A DNA stretch of 64,000 nucleotides from Octopus vulgaris (taxonomy: Eukaryota): NCBI GenBank assembly GCA_951406725.2, contig OX597816.1:127348001-127412000 (forward strand). Direction: 5' to 3'. The position numbers and the translations under genes are program-made. Within the stretch, counting starts at the first letter, position 1; each line of letters opens with the position of its first letter. Below the pieces are notes generated by a model. That model was not told the DNA's origin and ran no database searches. It was given only the letters and a program-made list of their open reading frames with translations. Below are positions 25,233 through 38,327 of the stretch, in pieces.

Positions 25233-28200
25233 AATATATATGTGTGTGTGTATGTATATATACAAAATTTAGAGGACTGACCACTAAAAGTGGACAGCCT
25301 ATATGCTAAACATAGACGTCAAATCACCATTACCACGAAGAATGTGTTCTCAAGAAAAATCTAGCAAAAAAACAAAATGTAAAAATAAGCAAGACAAATG
25401 CAAATGTACGAAATAAAAAACGATTATTTTTTATCTGAACTGGTTGATGATCATTCCTATTTTAGTGATTTGGTTCCATCTGACATCTGTTTCCCAATAT
25501 GAAAAAACACTTAGCTGGGCACCAGTATCACTGTGTTGATGATTTCTTTGACTGACAGGATAGCGTCTTCACTAATGTGATCCAAGCACTGCTACACTGA
25601 TGGAAGTGTGTGGACAGTAAGAGGGGCTATGTTAAAAAATGAACTTCATTTGGTCACATTCCATGACAGTATCTTGCTCAGCCTATGAACATTTCAGCTG
25701 ACCATCATAATAATAAAAATTGTTATTATACCCGCATTTGTATTAATATTAACATTGAAAAATTCCACTATTATAGTAAAAAAAACTTTGGACTTGGGAT
25801 TGCACCCACTAAGCAAATCTCATTCCTGGGTCACTGGTTCTATCATATTTTAAGAATTGTATAGTTGGTAAGAGTGTCCAACTGTGAAACCTCATTTATT
25901 CAACAATATAAAATAACTGTATGTCCAAAAGAAAATCTCTTGCATTTGTAAAGATGGAATAAAGCAAACAAAGCAGTGATAATGAGTATGAGATAGAATG
26001 GGTATAAAAATACAATCATTAGCCAAAATTCAGTTTGTATTTTAAAAATTAAGCTAGAATTTGTTATTTTGTCCTTTGTAAGAAATATTCTTACAAAAAG
26101 TAAAAGCTCTATAAATTGTAGAAGCTTAATAAGATGACAATTAATTATGAGAACAATACTGATGGGATTACTATCTTTATTGGCATCTGTGGTACAAAGG
26201 AAGGATAGAAGTTTGGTGAATTAATAAAGAAAGAAAACTTAAAATTATGCGACTTAACTGTGATAGAGGTTTTCATTGGAAATATGTAGCCAAAGGGTCA
26301 CAAATAGCAGTATTATTCATATTAAAAGATAGTGCTTTACTTAACATATTGATACACCTTATTGCTACTGCTGCAAGTATCATATAAAATGTAACTAATT
26401 CAGTTCCTTAGAAAAAGCTATAGCATTATATATTTAGAATTATTTGTAATGTTTAATATTACAGAGTTTGAAAGGAAGATATAATATCTCAACTTTGATT
26501 CAATGAACAGTTGTGAAGTAGATCATTTTTTTTAATTGATGAAAAGCTTCCAGTAGTATCTTACGATACTTTTTATTAATTTTTCTTATCTGTCAGCCAG
26601 TCTACATCATGATGATGCTTTCTTTATGATATTACTGACTTTCTTTAAATGTACACAAATACAAACCATTAACATACACTATTTTATAAAGAATACAGTT
26701 TATCTTTTAAATTTCATTTGCTTTATTTGTTATGCTATTACAAAACCATGATAAGTTGTATCTCAGGAGTAAGTCTATATATTTACAGAGAAAGGAAAAT
26801 GTAAATGTGAAGCATTGAGTGACATTCATACTTTAGCCAACTAAATAAGTAAAGTTGATGGTTTTTGAATGAGATTCAAACTGGCTTGCAATGTTGGATG
26901 TATCTCTATATTTTGAATTAATCTCAATAATGCTGTTTATGAGCTAACGTGCTTTTAACATACAATTATCATACAGCACTTATATTAACTGATTTCTGTT
27001 TATAATCTTCTGAACAAAGCAATATGAAATATATAGGAAAAGCTGCATTAACTAAAGAGTTACACATTTTTTTAAGTACAATTTTAATTTCATAATTATA
27101 GTTTCCTTCTCATAATTGTTTTGCATAGTTACACAACTTTTGTGCATACTGGTAAATATGCATGTATTCTAAGAATATATGCACAGAATTATCACGGAAT
27201 CAATTAGATAAATCTGATGAGATATCAAATGAATAATAAATGTGAATAATGATTGTGATGTTAATATTTTACAACCAATACTTCCCACTGGGCATATAAC
27301 TATCCCATCATCCACCTCATTTCATAGTCTCATAATGCATGATGATGGAAATGGTGGTGATGGGGTGGGATGAGTGAAGAAGAAGAAGAAGAAAATAATG
27401 ATGACGATTATCTCAACTTCAGGAACATCCCAATGGATAAAAAGCAACCAACTTCCAAAAGAACATAAGGGACGCTGCACAGTCTCACATGGTTACAATG
27501 ATGAATTGTTGATTAACAAAGCCATAAAAACAAAATTGTAGTAGGAGAAAGGTTTGACTATCAGAAGGCTTTTACCAGTAGTCACTACTTGCAAAATGTA
27601 AATCTAATAATATGCAAATACATGACAAATAAATGACCAAACAATTTTGCATAAGTTTAGGAATTATAAACATTAACCCCTCCTCTATCAGATGAGTATT
27701 CCAAAGGGAATTTCTCTTTCTATCCCCACTCCGGTGTTTTGCTTGACACTAAAATCTCAACCAAAGGTTAAACCAGACTAGATTCAGAAACATATGGTAT
27801 GTGATGACAATTAAAAGTTGTTTCTAAATGAATGATTCAAGATATATGCTCTTTCATTTCTTCTACTACATCAATGCATCAAAGATAGTGGTAGTGATAT
27901 CTAACTTTAGCTGAAAGCTACAAATATTACAGGAGTATAGTTAATTTAATTAATATGAATTCATAATTGGTTCTTGTTTTATCATCCCTAAGTTCATATA
28001 AGCAAAGTTAATCAATAGGTGTACATGTATATGTATGTCTGTATGTATATGTGTATGCATATTTTATGATTTTGCTAAGGCATAGTGATTCTAATAACTT
28101 GTTGTTAGAATTCAATATACATATACTTTAGTATATAGTTTAATTAGCATTAAAGTTATTTTATTAAATATCTTTTGTTCACCAGACTGTTGTATAAGCG

Positions 28201-30134
28201 ATATCCTATTTTAACTTATTTTTAAGTATTTCAACCTTATTACTTCCCAACCAAATGTATGTAAAGTCTCAGTTCAGGAAAAGATGTTGACATATTCCCT
28301 ACATTTATGTGGCAGAAGTAATTCTAAAGAGTGTACTCATTTCCCTTTGCTTGCTTTTTGTATTATGCCAAGATGTTCAAAGAATTACTAAGTTTGGACA
28401 CATGCCATATTACATTGCCTCAAAACATGCCATATTAGTACATGTTAATGGTAACTGTAATGTTTCTCTTTCAAAATTCATTACTAATAACCTTTCACAC
28501 TTCACTTCTTTTGGAAAGTTCCATTCATTCATGTCTTGCTTCCTTTCAACATTTAAAGTGAATTTGAGACTATTTATTCTTCAGATCTCCTACTGCTATT
28601 TCAAATATCACTAATGTTTTCTCAGCAATAATTGTTATTAACCTTCCGACAGAGAGTATCTGCTCTGGCATGTAATCATATTACTACCTTTCATTTTACT
28701 TATTTTCTAAGAATAATTATCTATAATTTTATTATCTTCAAAAGAAGTAGTATTGTTGTTACCTAGCCTTAACTTTTAAGTTAATCACATTGACAATACA
28801 GAATTCATTTAGATATAAACATATTTTATTGTGTACATTGGCTTTCCTGGGATGGTGAAAACACAAACAAAAATGTGTTTGAATATACTCTTATATGCAT
28901 TGATTGGAAGTTGTGGATAATGTGAGCAAAGCCAGAGATGCAAGTACAATTCAGAGATAAATTAATGAAGTTATATACACAACAATAAAGGCTTGTTGTT
29001 CAGCAGTGGGTGTTATATATGAATACAAGACAGTAATAATGAGCATTACTTAAGGTTCTACATTACAAAACAGACACTTCAATAGCTCCATTAAGACTAA
29101 ATCTATCAGAATGGACACCATACTTCAAAACCAAGGTTAAAAAGGTTTGGCAGATCCTGAATTGAATCTAAAGTAAAAAGAAAAAAAGTTTTTGTCAAGC
29201 ATCAACCAAAGTTAGCCAAACAGATAAAAGAAAATGGGGAAATGAGAAAAGAATAATACTATGAGTGTCTTTGAAAAAATGTATATACCAGGCTGGTCTA
29301 CTTTGATTACTTAATAACAAAATAAGAACCATCAAAATTTAAAAAATGAAAAAGTATTTGTTATTTCTTCTTAAAAGAAGCAGTCAAATTGATGAAGTTA
29401 TAATTACTAAATTGGAAGATTTACTCATACCTTGTTTGATTACAAAAGGTTGCAAGAAGAGATAACCCAACAGTATGTTACCTGAAACAATAATATACAT
29501 AATCCTATAGTTATTTATATGAAAGCCTCAGGTTAAGAAAATAGGGAAACAGTCTATTGCTCCTTTAAGTAAACCAAAAAATTATATGGAATATTTATAC
29601 TAATAAGTTTTGAGATGATTTTTTTTTTATAACTGATGTACCAGAAATTTTGACTATCTAGAAAACTTTAAATATAAATTACTATATAGAGAAGTAACTT
29701 GTCAGGATATAATATTAATAGCCATCACTATTTGCATATAATGCATTAATAAGCTACTTAATTAATTAAATAATATTTATTTATTTGGAGTATAGCATAA
29801 TTCAAAACATGTTCACCTAGTTTTGCATTTTGGCATGGAACTCTTCATGCATATATGCATAAACCATCTGCAAAAGTAAACAAAAGCCATTTATACATAT
29901 TGATTATATTAAACAGTCTTAGCTTGATTTCTTCCTAAATTACTCACACTCCATCGTTTTTGTGACCACATCAATTCTCCACCTTATAATTCCTTTTCAC
30001 TAATTCATCCCAACAACTATTTTAACTCTACTTCTAATTTTACTTGAAAATGTTTTGCAACTAAAAAGGAAATCATAATAGCTCAAGAGAAACAAACCAT
30101 ACTTAATTGTGGTCTCACTGGACTAAACAGCATA

Positions 30135-30142
30135 TCTATCTG

Positions 30143-30202
<60 letters not shown>

Positions 30203-30236
30203 CATATATATATATATATAAAATCACTTCATATGT

Positions 30237-30280
<44 letters not shown>
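30135..30280. repeat. (TATC)n and (TA)n microsatellites
   Basis: Read directly; includes a small duplication of AATCACTTCATATGT. Confidence 0.95.
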
Positions 30281-30281
<1 letters not shown>

Positions 30282-30294
30282 CACTTCATATGTA

Positions 30295-31030
30295 GTTTCA
30301 ATCTTCAAATGATCCTTCTATGAATGCTGGTAAACGTTCTGTTTTGGGCAAAATTACACGAGGTTATGCAATACTATGAGGGACCAAAAATTAAACACAC
30401 AGATCATTGGAGGTAACTTATAAGAATTCCTTAATTGTTATTTCCCTTGCATTAGCCCCGGATAAAGATGTCATATGTCTTTTATTCTTGTCTCTGAATG
30501 AAGCCAAGTGTTGCATGTATCTCTTCTTGAGGATGTCTCTAGTCTTTCCAATTTATGTTTTTTTTCCATTGAAATCCTTGTTGCTGGTCTTGTTTTACCT
30601 AGCACATATTGTTAAAGGGATAACTATTAGGAGATCTATAATTACAAGACCTTTGACAGAGTGTTCTTAATGTCATTATTCTTATTGTGATTGAAAGTCA
30701 TAGATCCTATATTGAGGGCAGCTACAGCTAACTTTAACCATATTTCTATTAAAAATTTTGTGATATTTATGTGAGTGTGTTTCTATGAATTTCAAAACTT
30801 TTCTAGTTATATTTGTAGCTACATTCATACAGTATGGAGGATTATACCATAATATTTTTTCTTTATATGTATTCTTGTCCTGTCTATGTTTGATTCAATA
30901 CAAGTTACATATTTCTTAAAATTGGACTTTTCTAATGTGGCAGTGTAATATGGAGCTGCCCTTTTGGAAGCTGCCTCATCAGAGAATAGGCTGGAAACAC
31001 GCCTACTAATGGCATTAACTGTTTGATGGT
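30295..31030 (-). mobile_element. Penelope-like element remnant (RT-endonuclease linker plus GIY-YIG)
   Basis: Frameshifted translation NAISRRVSSL.SDE.....AAPYY..LEKS; ILWYNPPYCMNVATNI; HKIFNRN.VKVS.SC; KT*IGKTRDILKKRYMQHLASF. Confidence 0.8.
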
Positions 31031-31074
31031 AGATGGTTAGAGCCACTGTCAACGTAGGAGGTGTCTTCACTTGG

Positions 31075-31400
31075 TGTCTTTAATAGAAATGCGATTAAAG
31101 TTAGCTACAGTTGCCTCCCCAATATAGGATCGATGATGTTCAATCACAACAAGAATAGCAATATTAAGAATACCCCGATAACTGTACTTTGAACAATATG
31201 TTCAGAAAAAAGAACTTGTATATGGGGCTAGCTTCATGGACGTCAATAGACCACAAAACTTGCACTGGGAAGATTGGAAATACCTTCAAGGGAAAATACA
31301 GGCAATTAGCATCACTCAAAGACAAGAATAAATGACATATATTTTTATCTAATATGGTAAGGACACTTAAACAGAGGAGCACGAAAACTCCCATATAAAG
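31075..31400 (+). mobile_element. Second Penelope-like remnant, inverted relative to 30295-31030
   Basis: FNRNAIKVSYSCLPNIGSMMFNHNKN; DNA similarity to the reverse complement of about 30400-30760. Confidence 0.75.
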
Positions 31401-32795
31401 TGGTGTATCATGGAGAAGGGGATGGGGCAGCAAATGTAGTGTATGTATCACAGAAAAATTAAATACCATAACATCAACAGTGAACATTTTAAATATTGAA
31501 GAAGAAACCTGCCCTTGCATGCACAAACAACAATTCATACTTTGAAATATCAAGCATCACCCTCTCACCCACCTTGCAACCTATCAAACCAGGGAAAAGT
31601 TTTGAACATCAGTTCTATGCACGATATCATTACAGACATGTACTACCGGAAACTCATGCTGGAATTCTTAACTACACAAATAAATATAACATATGCATAA
31701 CACATGTTCATGATATCACACAATTCTCAAAAATATATGTATATGAACTTATAAATACTTTAATCAGCTTCCAACTTCATGGACTAATTTTGCATGTGAA
31801 ACCTGTGAAATCACATATATGATAATATGCACATGCTCAAACATCAACAAAACACGTGATGAAGGTGTATGTATTTTTATAAATATAGGTGAGCATGAAC
31901 GATCTCACATATAATAATTAAGGAATTGATTAATCTATGGTCAATACAAATACTTGCAAAAATTCAGGACCAAAGCATGAGAGATAACAATTTTGAAATT
32001 CTTGTAAGTTACTCCCCTGATCCGTGTGTTTAATTTGTGGTTCTGGAAGTATTGCATAATCTCATTTATTTATTATTTTTTTCCAAAATGGAAATGATTA
32101 CCAACATTCCTAGACAGCTTCCTTGAAGATTGCGGAGGTCCTTACTGCATGAAACCCTGTTAGTCTACAAATAACGACTATTTATCTTCCAACCACAGCA
32201 TTGCATAATACTTATTCTGACTGCTCAATACTATTGTAGTGAGACAGGTTAGCACTATTTCGTTGTGGTGGCATAGCACAGTTTTGCTACACCCAAAATA
32301 TCTGGTTACTTCTAGCCCCAGAAGGTTACAGGAGGCAACTTCTGCCCAACACTGAAATGCACCAGTTTTGAAAGGCAAAAAGTCAGTTGCCAATAGAACA
32401 TTGAGATGCAAACATCAGTTGTGGATTTAACATCTACATGACAAGATACGTTGCCAATTTAACACCAATTAGGAAACATCATTTTTACTGCTATGGGATT
32501 GCTACCTCACTTCACAACTAAGCTACACAACTCATCCAATATTTTGCACCAGTATGATCTTGAAGCTCTCAAATACCGAATCTAAATACCTTGGATGTTA
32601 TAGAAAAATTAACTTATGTCTCACACTACACCCTGTTTGACTTGAATGCTTAATTACCTCGTGACATGCTTTCTACTATCACATGTGTGATTTACCCTCA
32701 AAGAATAATGATATTTGTTTTTACGTTCATGTAAAATATACACTTGTACATTACTGGAAGCCTTTTTACATGCAAACAAATCATATACTTCCTAA

Positions 32796-32849
<54 letters not shown>

Positions 32850-33135
32850 AAAATTGAGTACATCAACATTGAAGATGATGATATCACACTGGACATAGAT
32901 GAGATTGACACAAACTCAGATGCTGGACCTGATGGATTTCCAGCAATCCTTCTCAAATCATGCAAACGAGCCCTTGCAAAACCGCTACAGCTTCTTTTTC
33001 AGAGCTTTCTTGCAAGTGGTAAGCTCCCAATCAAATTGAAAGAGGGAGGTAATATGCCCTATCCATAAGGGAGGTAGCAGAGCAGTTACTAAAAATTATA
33101 GGCTTATCTCTCTGACCTCACACATCAGCAAAGTC

Positions 33136-33863
33136 ATGGAACGAATAGTCCGCAAGAAACTAATCATGTTCCTTGAAGAAAATGACTTGCTGACTGACAC
33201 CCAGCATGGATTTCGACCAGGTAGAAGCTGCCTAACACAGCTCCTGCAACACTATGACTGGGTGTTAAAACAGCTACTAAATGGCTCACATGTGGATGTG
33301 ATATATCTCGACTTTGCAAAAGCCTTTGATAAAGTCGACCACGGTATGATTTGTCACAAACTGCGTGGTCTTGGCATAGGTGGAAAACTTGGAGAGTGGC
33401 TGCACAACTTCCTAAAAGATAGAAGACAAGCAGTTGTGACCAATGGAGCCACCTCCAAGGAAACTCAAATAACAAGCGGTGTTCCACAGGGCACTGTCTT
33501 GGGGCCACTGCTGTTCATAGTGGCCCTTTCAGACATGCACTCAGTTGCTAAGATGGCCACCTTTGCTAGCTATGCAGATGACACAAAAGTCTCCCACACA
33601 ATGCAAAACCCTGGAAATATTGCACATCTGCAACAGGAGTTGGATACAATATACAGGTGGGCTGAGGACAACAACATGCAGTTTAATGCAGGTAAGTTCC
33701 AGGCCCTGCGCTACCGGCACACAAATGTAAATGACATGCAGACTGGATACACTGGCCCAGGAAGAATTGCAATCCCTGAGTCAAAATCAGTGTGTGACCT
33801 GGGCATTGACATGAGCAATGATGCATCTTTCCAAGTGCATATTACTAATCTGGTGATAAAATG
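33136..33863 (+). pseudogene. Reverse-transcriptase domain of CR1/L2-type ORF2 (disrupted)
   Basis: ORF 33136..33885 contains RT motifs including YADD; the frame resumes after the nested insertion. Confidence 0.9.
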
Positions 33864-34449
33864 TGCCCTTAAATATGGTTTCTGATTACAAATATCTTGG
33901 GTCATACATATCATCATCTGGAAAAGACTTTCTAACTAGAAAGGGTATGGCCTGGTCAGCCAGTAATGACATGCATAAGATCTGGTCATCAAAACTAAGT
34001 AGAGACTTCAAACTTGAAATCTTCAAAGCCACAGTCGAACCAATTCTACTATATGGCTCAGAAACCTGGACGTTATCAAAGAAGCTTGAGAGGCGGTTGG
34101 ATGGAACCTACACTCGCCTCCTTATGAGAGCTCAAAATCTCTCGCGGAAGCGCCATCCAACCAAAATGCAAATATATGGGAAACTACCACCTGTGTCATC
34201 TCTTGTGAAAGGCAGGAGAGTCCAGTTTGCTGGACATTGTTGTAAAGCTGAAAAAGAGGTAATTTCTACTCTTCTCCTCTGGAAGCCATCTACTCGCAAT
34301 ACCAGAGGGTGCACACTCTCCTACCCTGATGTAATCTCCAGGGATACAGGCATCCAGCAACAGGACCTCTTTAATGCCATGATGGACCGTGAAATCGGGT
34401 GTAGCATGGTAAATTCCATTGTCTTGACCACGGTCGAACAATGATGATA
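33864..34449 (+). mobile_element. 5'-truncated RTE-clade LINE nested in the CR1/L2 element
   Basis: YKYLGSYI...LLYGSETWTL...RLDGTYTRLL...RRVQFAGHC; (TGA)n tail; exact TSD GTGATAAAATG at 33853-33863 and 34450-34460. Confidence 0.93.
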
Positions 34450-35311
34450 GTGATAAAATGCAGACAGCTAGCTGGATGGATTCTCCGAACTTTCAGAACA
34501 AGAGAGAAGGAGACACTGATGGTCCTCTGGAAAACTTTCGTCCTCAGCCGCTTGGACTACTGCTCCCAACTATGGTCACCACACAATATAAAACTAACAG
34601 CAGAACTCGAAGCAATCCAAAGAAGATAGTCTCAATGCAAAATATCAGCTACTGGGAAAGACTGAAAGTATTAAACCTCTTCTCCCTAGAGCGAAGGCGG
34701 AAGAGATATGCGGTGATATACATCTGGAAAATCCTGGAGAGTCTTGTCCCAAACTTTGGCATTCAAAGTTACCCCAACCGCAGAACGGGGCGCCACTGCA
34801 TGGTGCCAACGATTCCAACATCACCATCAAAATACAGGACCAGATACTGCAACAGCTTGGGTTTCAGAGGACAACAGCTCTTTAACATCCTCCCTAAATG
34901 CCTGAGAGACCTGCATGGTGTGGATGTGGGTTTCTTTAAAACTAAACTGAATCTCTTCTTGTCAGGGGTCCCAGATGAACCTACCTCACGACAGGAGACA
35001 CAGATGCAGGCAGCGGCATCGAACTCCCTTGTTGACCAAGTGCCACGTATCAGAGGTGGATTCACATATTAGTGTAGCTCATTCAGCAGTGGTGCCCCAG
35101 CATGGCCGTGGCCTTCAGACTAAAACATTTTTAAGGATTTAAGGATATATATATTAAATTCAACTTACGTTGAAAGTCAACAAAGTTTGCTTTAGAAGCT
35201 TTGAGATGTATTAAAAGATAAGGAAATAATTTTATTCCCAAACGCAGGATAATGTTAGTAATATAACATGAACAGGATAAACTACCCATATTTTGCAGAA
35301 AAATCTGTTAC

Positions 35312-35385
35312 TGGCCAGCCATGAGACTTGAACTCACATCCCTGTAATTATACGTCAAGTGCTTTACCATTAAGCTAAATGGTCC
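35312..35385 (-). pseudogene. tRNA-like pseudogene or SINE head flanked by ~30-40 bp inverted repeats
   Basis: GGACCATTTAGCTTAATGGTAAAGCAC...GATGTGAGTTCAAGTCTCATGGCTGGCCA: D arm (GCTT/AAGC) and T arm pair, acceptor and anticodon stems are defective. Confidence 0.6.
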
Positions 35386-35463
35386 AGCGACAAATTCTTC
35401 TGCAACTTTGGGATATCCTGCTTTTGAGAATAAAATCATTTCCTTATCTGTGTGTGTGTATAT

Positions 35464-35673
35464 ATAATAATGTTCTGTAAGCTTAAAGCTTATAAGTGAT
35501 ATCATGTATAGACTAAAGAAAATAGTCTAATATTGGGGCATATAAGCCCTCAACAGGAAAAAGTAGGTTTGCCGAATTTTTCCATCAAGAGATTAAAATG
35601 CCCCAATATTAGACTTTTTGTTAATCAATACACAATGATTGCTTTTAAGCTTTAAGCTTACAAAATATCATTG
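35464..35673. repeat. Foldback inverted repeat (~100-bp arms)
   Basis: TGTAAGCTTAAAGCTTA...AGTCTAATATTGGGGCAT is mirrored by ATGCCCCAATATTAGACT...TAAGCTTTAAGCTTACA. Confidence 0.85.
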
Positions 35674-35745
35674 TTATTTACAGAATTGTCACTCATCACC
35701 ACTTCTCAAATCATTATATGTATATACATATGCTTATATATGTTG

Positions 35746-35778
<33 letters not shown>

Positions 35779-36526
35779 TATGCACATGTGGGTGTATATT
35801 TATATATATTATCAAACTCATATATATGACATAGACATTTCATCTCTTTCTTCTTTCTTTCATTTCATATTTGAGAGTTTATTTTGGGAAGTTTAATTTA
35901 GTAGAAACTGTTGACAAGTTTTTTATCTCATTTTCACAATCATCCACCTGCACACTAATAGACAAATAAGCAAGAATAGATTTGAAGCTTTACCAACGGA
36001 ATCTAATTTAAAAAAGACACAATTTCAAAGCAATCCAGAAATTGTTGGGTATGGAAAAAGCTACTGTTCTGTTTAGAAGATACTTTAAACAAATTGTAAA
36101 ATTTTTATTTTCCAAATTATGAAGAATTTTCTCCAATGAAAAAATACAGCAGATTTTTCTATATGTATGCAACATGCCAGAACATATTTCCTAACAAGCC
36201 AAATTTAGTAAACTTCATTTCAGCTTAGTGCTACAAAATATAAATCACTGACATGAATTTGGCATCTATGAAATAACAAAAGAATATGTTTTTGAAGACT
36301 TTTTCGCCAAAGACCTCATCTACTTACACGAAAGATATTACAAATTTGAGTACTGAACACTACTCAATTTGAATTCTCTTTGACTACAATCCTTGCAAAA
36401 AGAAACAAAAATGCTGAATGTGTTCCTGTAACATTCACTCATGTATTATCTCACCATATATTTATTCCAACTGAAATATTTTAAAATTGCTATTTAAGAT
36501 ATATTTCTATAACAAAATACTTTATA

Positions 36527-36690
36527 TAGGTGCATGTATGGTTGTGTGGGAAGATGTTTGCTTCTAAACCATGGTTTCAGATTCAGTGCCACTCTGCAGC
36601 ACCTTGGGCAAGTATCTTCTACTATAACCCCCATGCCAACCAAAGCCTTGTGAGTAGATTTTGGACAGGAACTGAAAGAAGTCCATCATA
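36527..36690 (+). mobile_element. SINE family B/C head
   Basis: GGTTGTGTGGGAAGATGTTTGCTTC..ACCTTGGGCAAGTATCTTCTACTATA..GGAACTGAAAGAAG. Confidence 0.85.
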
Positions 36691-37809
36691 TATATATATA
36701 TATAGTGAGAGAGAGAGAGAGACAGACAAACAGAGAAAGAGAGAAGTTTTATATTTAATTTGTTTGTCCTCATGATTGCTTTTCTCTCTCTCTCTCTCCC
36801 TTTGTAGATATATATATATATATATATATATATCATAGCCATCAGAACTTACATGGTTTAACCCACCTTGAGGAACCAATACTGGATAGAAAATACTTAG
36901 TAGTGCTCAAGTAACTCAAACTTAGACTCCAATGTCTTTATGAGGGACCACTTCCATGGCGAAAAGAAAAATCCTACAGTTCAGATCTCTGCATCATGAT
37001 CTGAACTGCAAAATTTTCTTCTACTTTGATGATAGAGGCTCGATTTATCCAATGTTTAACTGTTTCCATTACTGGTTGTATATTTTGGTGAACTACATCT
37101 AACAGCATTATGATGAGTCTCTGAACCCCCAGAAATAGTTGTTAGACTTATAACACCTTACTCCCTCCCTTTAATTTTTTCTGTCATTTGTACTCTATGT
37201 AAGTTTGATCTATTAATACATAAATATCTACATGTTTATTCTTAAATATCAAAATCTAAAATTCTTCAGTCTTTGCTTTCTTCCTGTTTGCATATATATA
37301 TATATATATATATACAAACTGTCTGATAAAATTAAAAAGTCAATAAAAGAAGATGGCGAAGAAAAATATAAAAGATGTTTGGTTCATTTTATTTGTATCA
37401 AAATTGGAAAAGTAATGCAAATTAAAAAATTAAAAGATATACCTATAAGAATAAATATAAAAGGAACCACATCAACAAAACAATCCAAAAATATCCATAA
37501 AAATTCTACATATGTTTCAATCTAACAATATGTTTGAATCATCAATAATTGTAACTTTTATAGATGTAATAAACAATATATTGTTAGATCTCTTCAGGAA
37601 AAATAAGTATATTTTCTGTCTTGAGTAACGAAATGACTATTTAAGGTCTATGTTTGAGAATTTTCAAATGAGACTGTTTATACATATATATTGAACTTTC
37701 TTTCAATATATTTGGTTAAATCCAGTTAGCATCTAGATTGTTTTTAACAATCCCTTACGGGGATATTGCTTCCTTAAATTCTGAGTATATATATTTATAT
37801 ATATATATA

Positions 37810-37966
37810 GGGAGAGTTTATGAAAAAAACAAAAGACGAAGACAGGTGGTGTACAAAACAAACAAATGTATCAGTATAACGCTCAGGAAAAGAAAAAGTC
37901 TTTTAGTTTCGAGCCTACGCTCTTCTATAGAAAGGAACACAGAAAAGACAAGGAGAGAAACAAGGC
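37810..37966 (-). mobile_element. Penelope-like terminal fragment with a hammerhead-like motif, in (TA)n
   Basis: CTTT-CTATAGA-A-GAGC-GTAG-GCTC-GAAA-CTA-AAAG (37934 to 37900); (TA)n on both sides. Confidence 0.65.
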
Positions 37967-38254
37967 TATATATATATATATGTATATATATGTATATATA
38001 TGTATATATATATGTATATATATATATATACATATATATACACACACATATATATATATACATATATATATATACATATATATATACACAAGGATATATA
38101 TTTATATATTGTATATTGTATATTGATATATATATATATATATATATATCAAACCCAAAGTGTTATATTTAATTCGTTTATCCTCATGATTGCTTTTCTC
38201 TCTCACTCTCCCTCTCTTTCCCCTCACTCTCTCTCTCTCCCTTTCTATATATAT

Positions 38255-38327
<73 letters not shown>

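Larger units (their letters stand above)
23616..25836. mobile_element. Probable hAT-like non-autonomous DNA transposon carrying nested insertions
   Basis: Left end CAAGGGCCCCAGAAAC versus right-end reverse complement CAGTGACCCAGGAAT; subterminal GGGTGCA/TGCACCC motifs; candidate 8-bp TSD GTTATATT / GTTCTATC (6 of 8 match). Confidence 0.45.
32850..35145 (+). mobile_element. 5'-truncated CR1/L2-type LINE (RT domain plus C-terminus plus 3' UTR), interrupted by an RTE insertion
   Basis: GPDG..NYR.ISLTS..KVMERIV, QHGFRPGRSC, YLDFAKAFDKVDH, SGVPQGTVLGPLLF, YADDTK, then RLDYCSQLWSP..YWERLK.L.LFSLERRR; frameshifts near 33048 and 34625; (TTTAAGGA)2 tail; (TA)n on both flanks. Confidence 0.93.

Noticed and set aside
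35312-35385. Functional tRNA gene
   Set aside because: The acceptor and anticodon stems do not pair properly; kept only as a tRNA-like relic.
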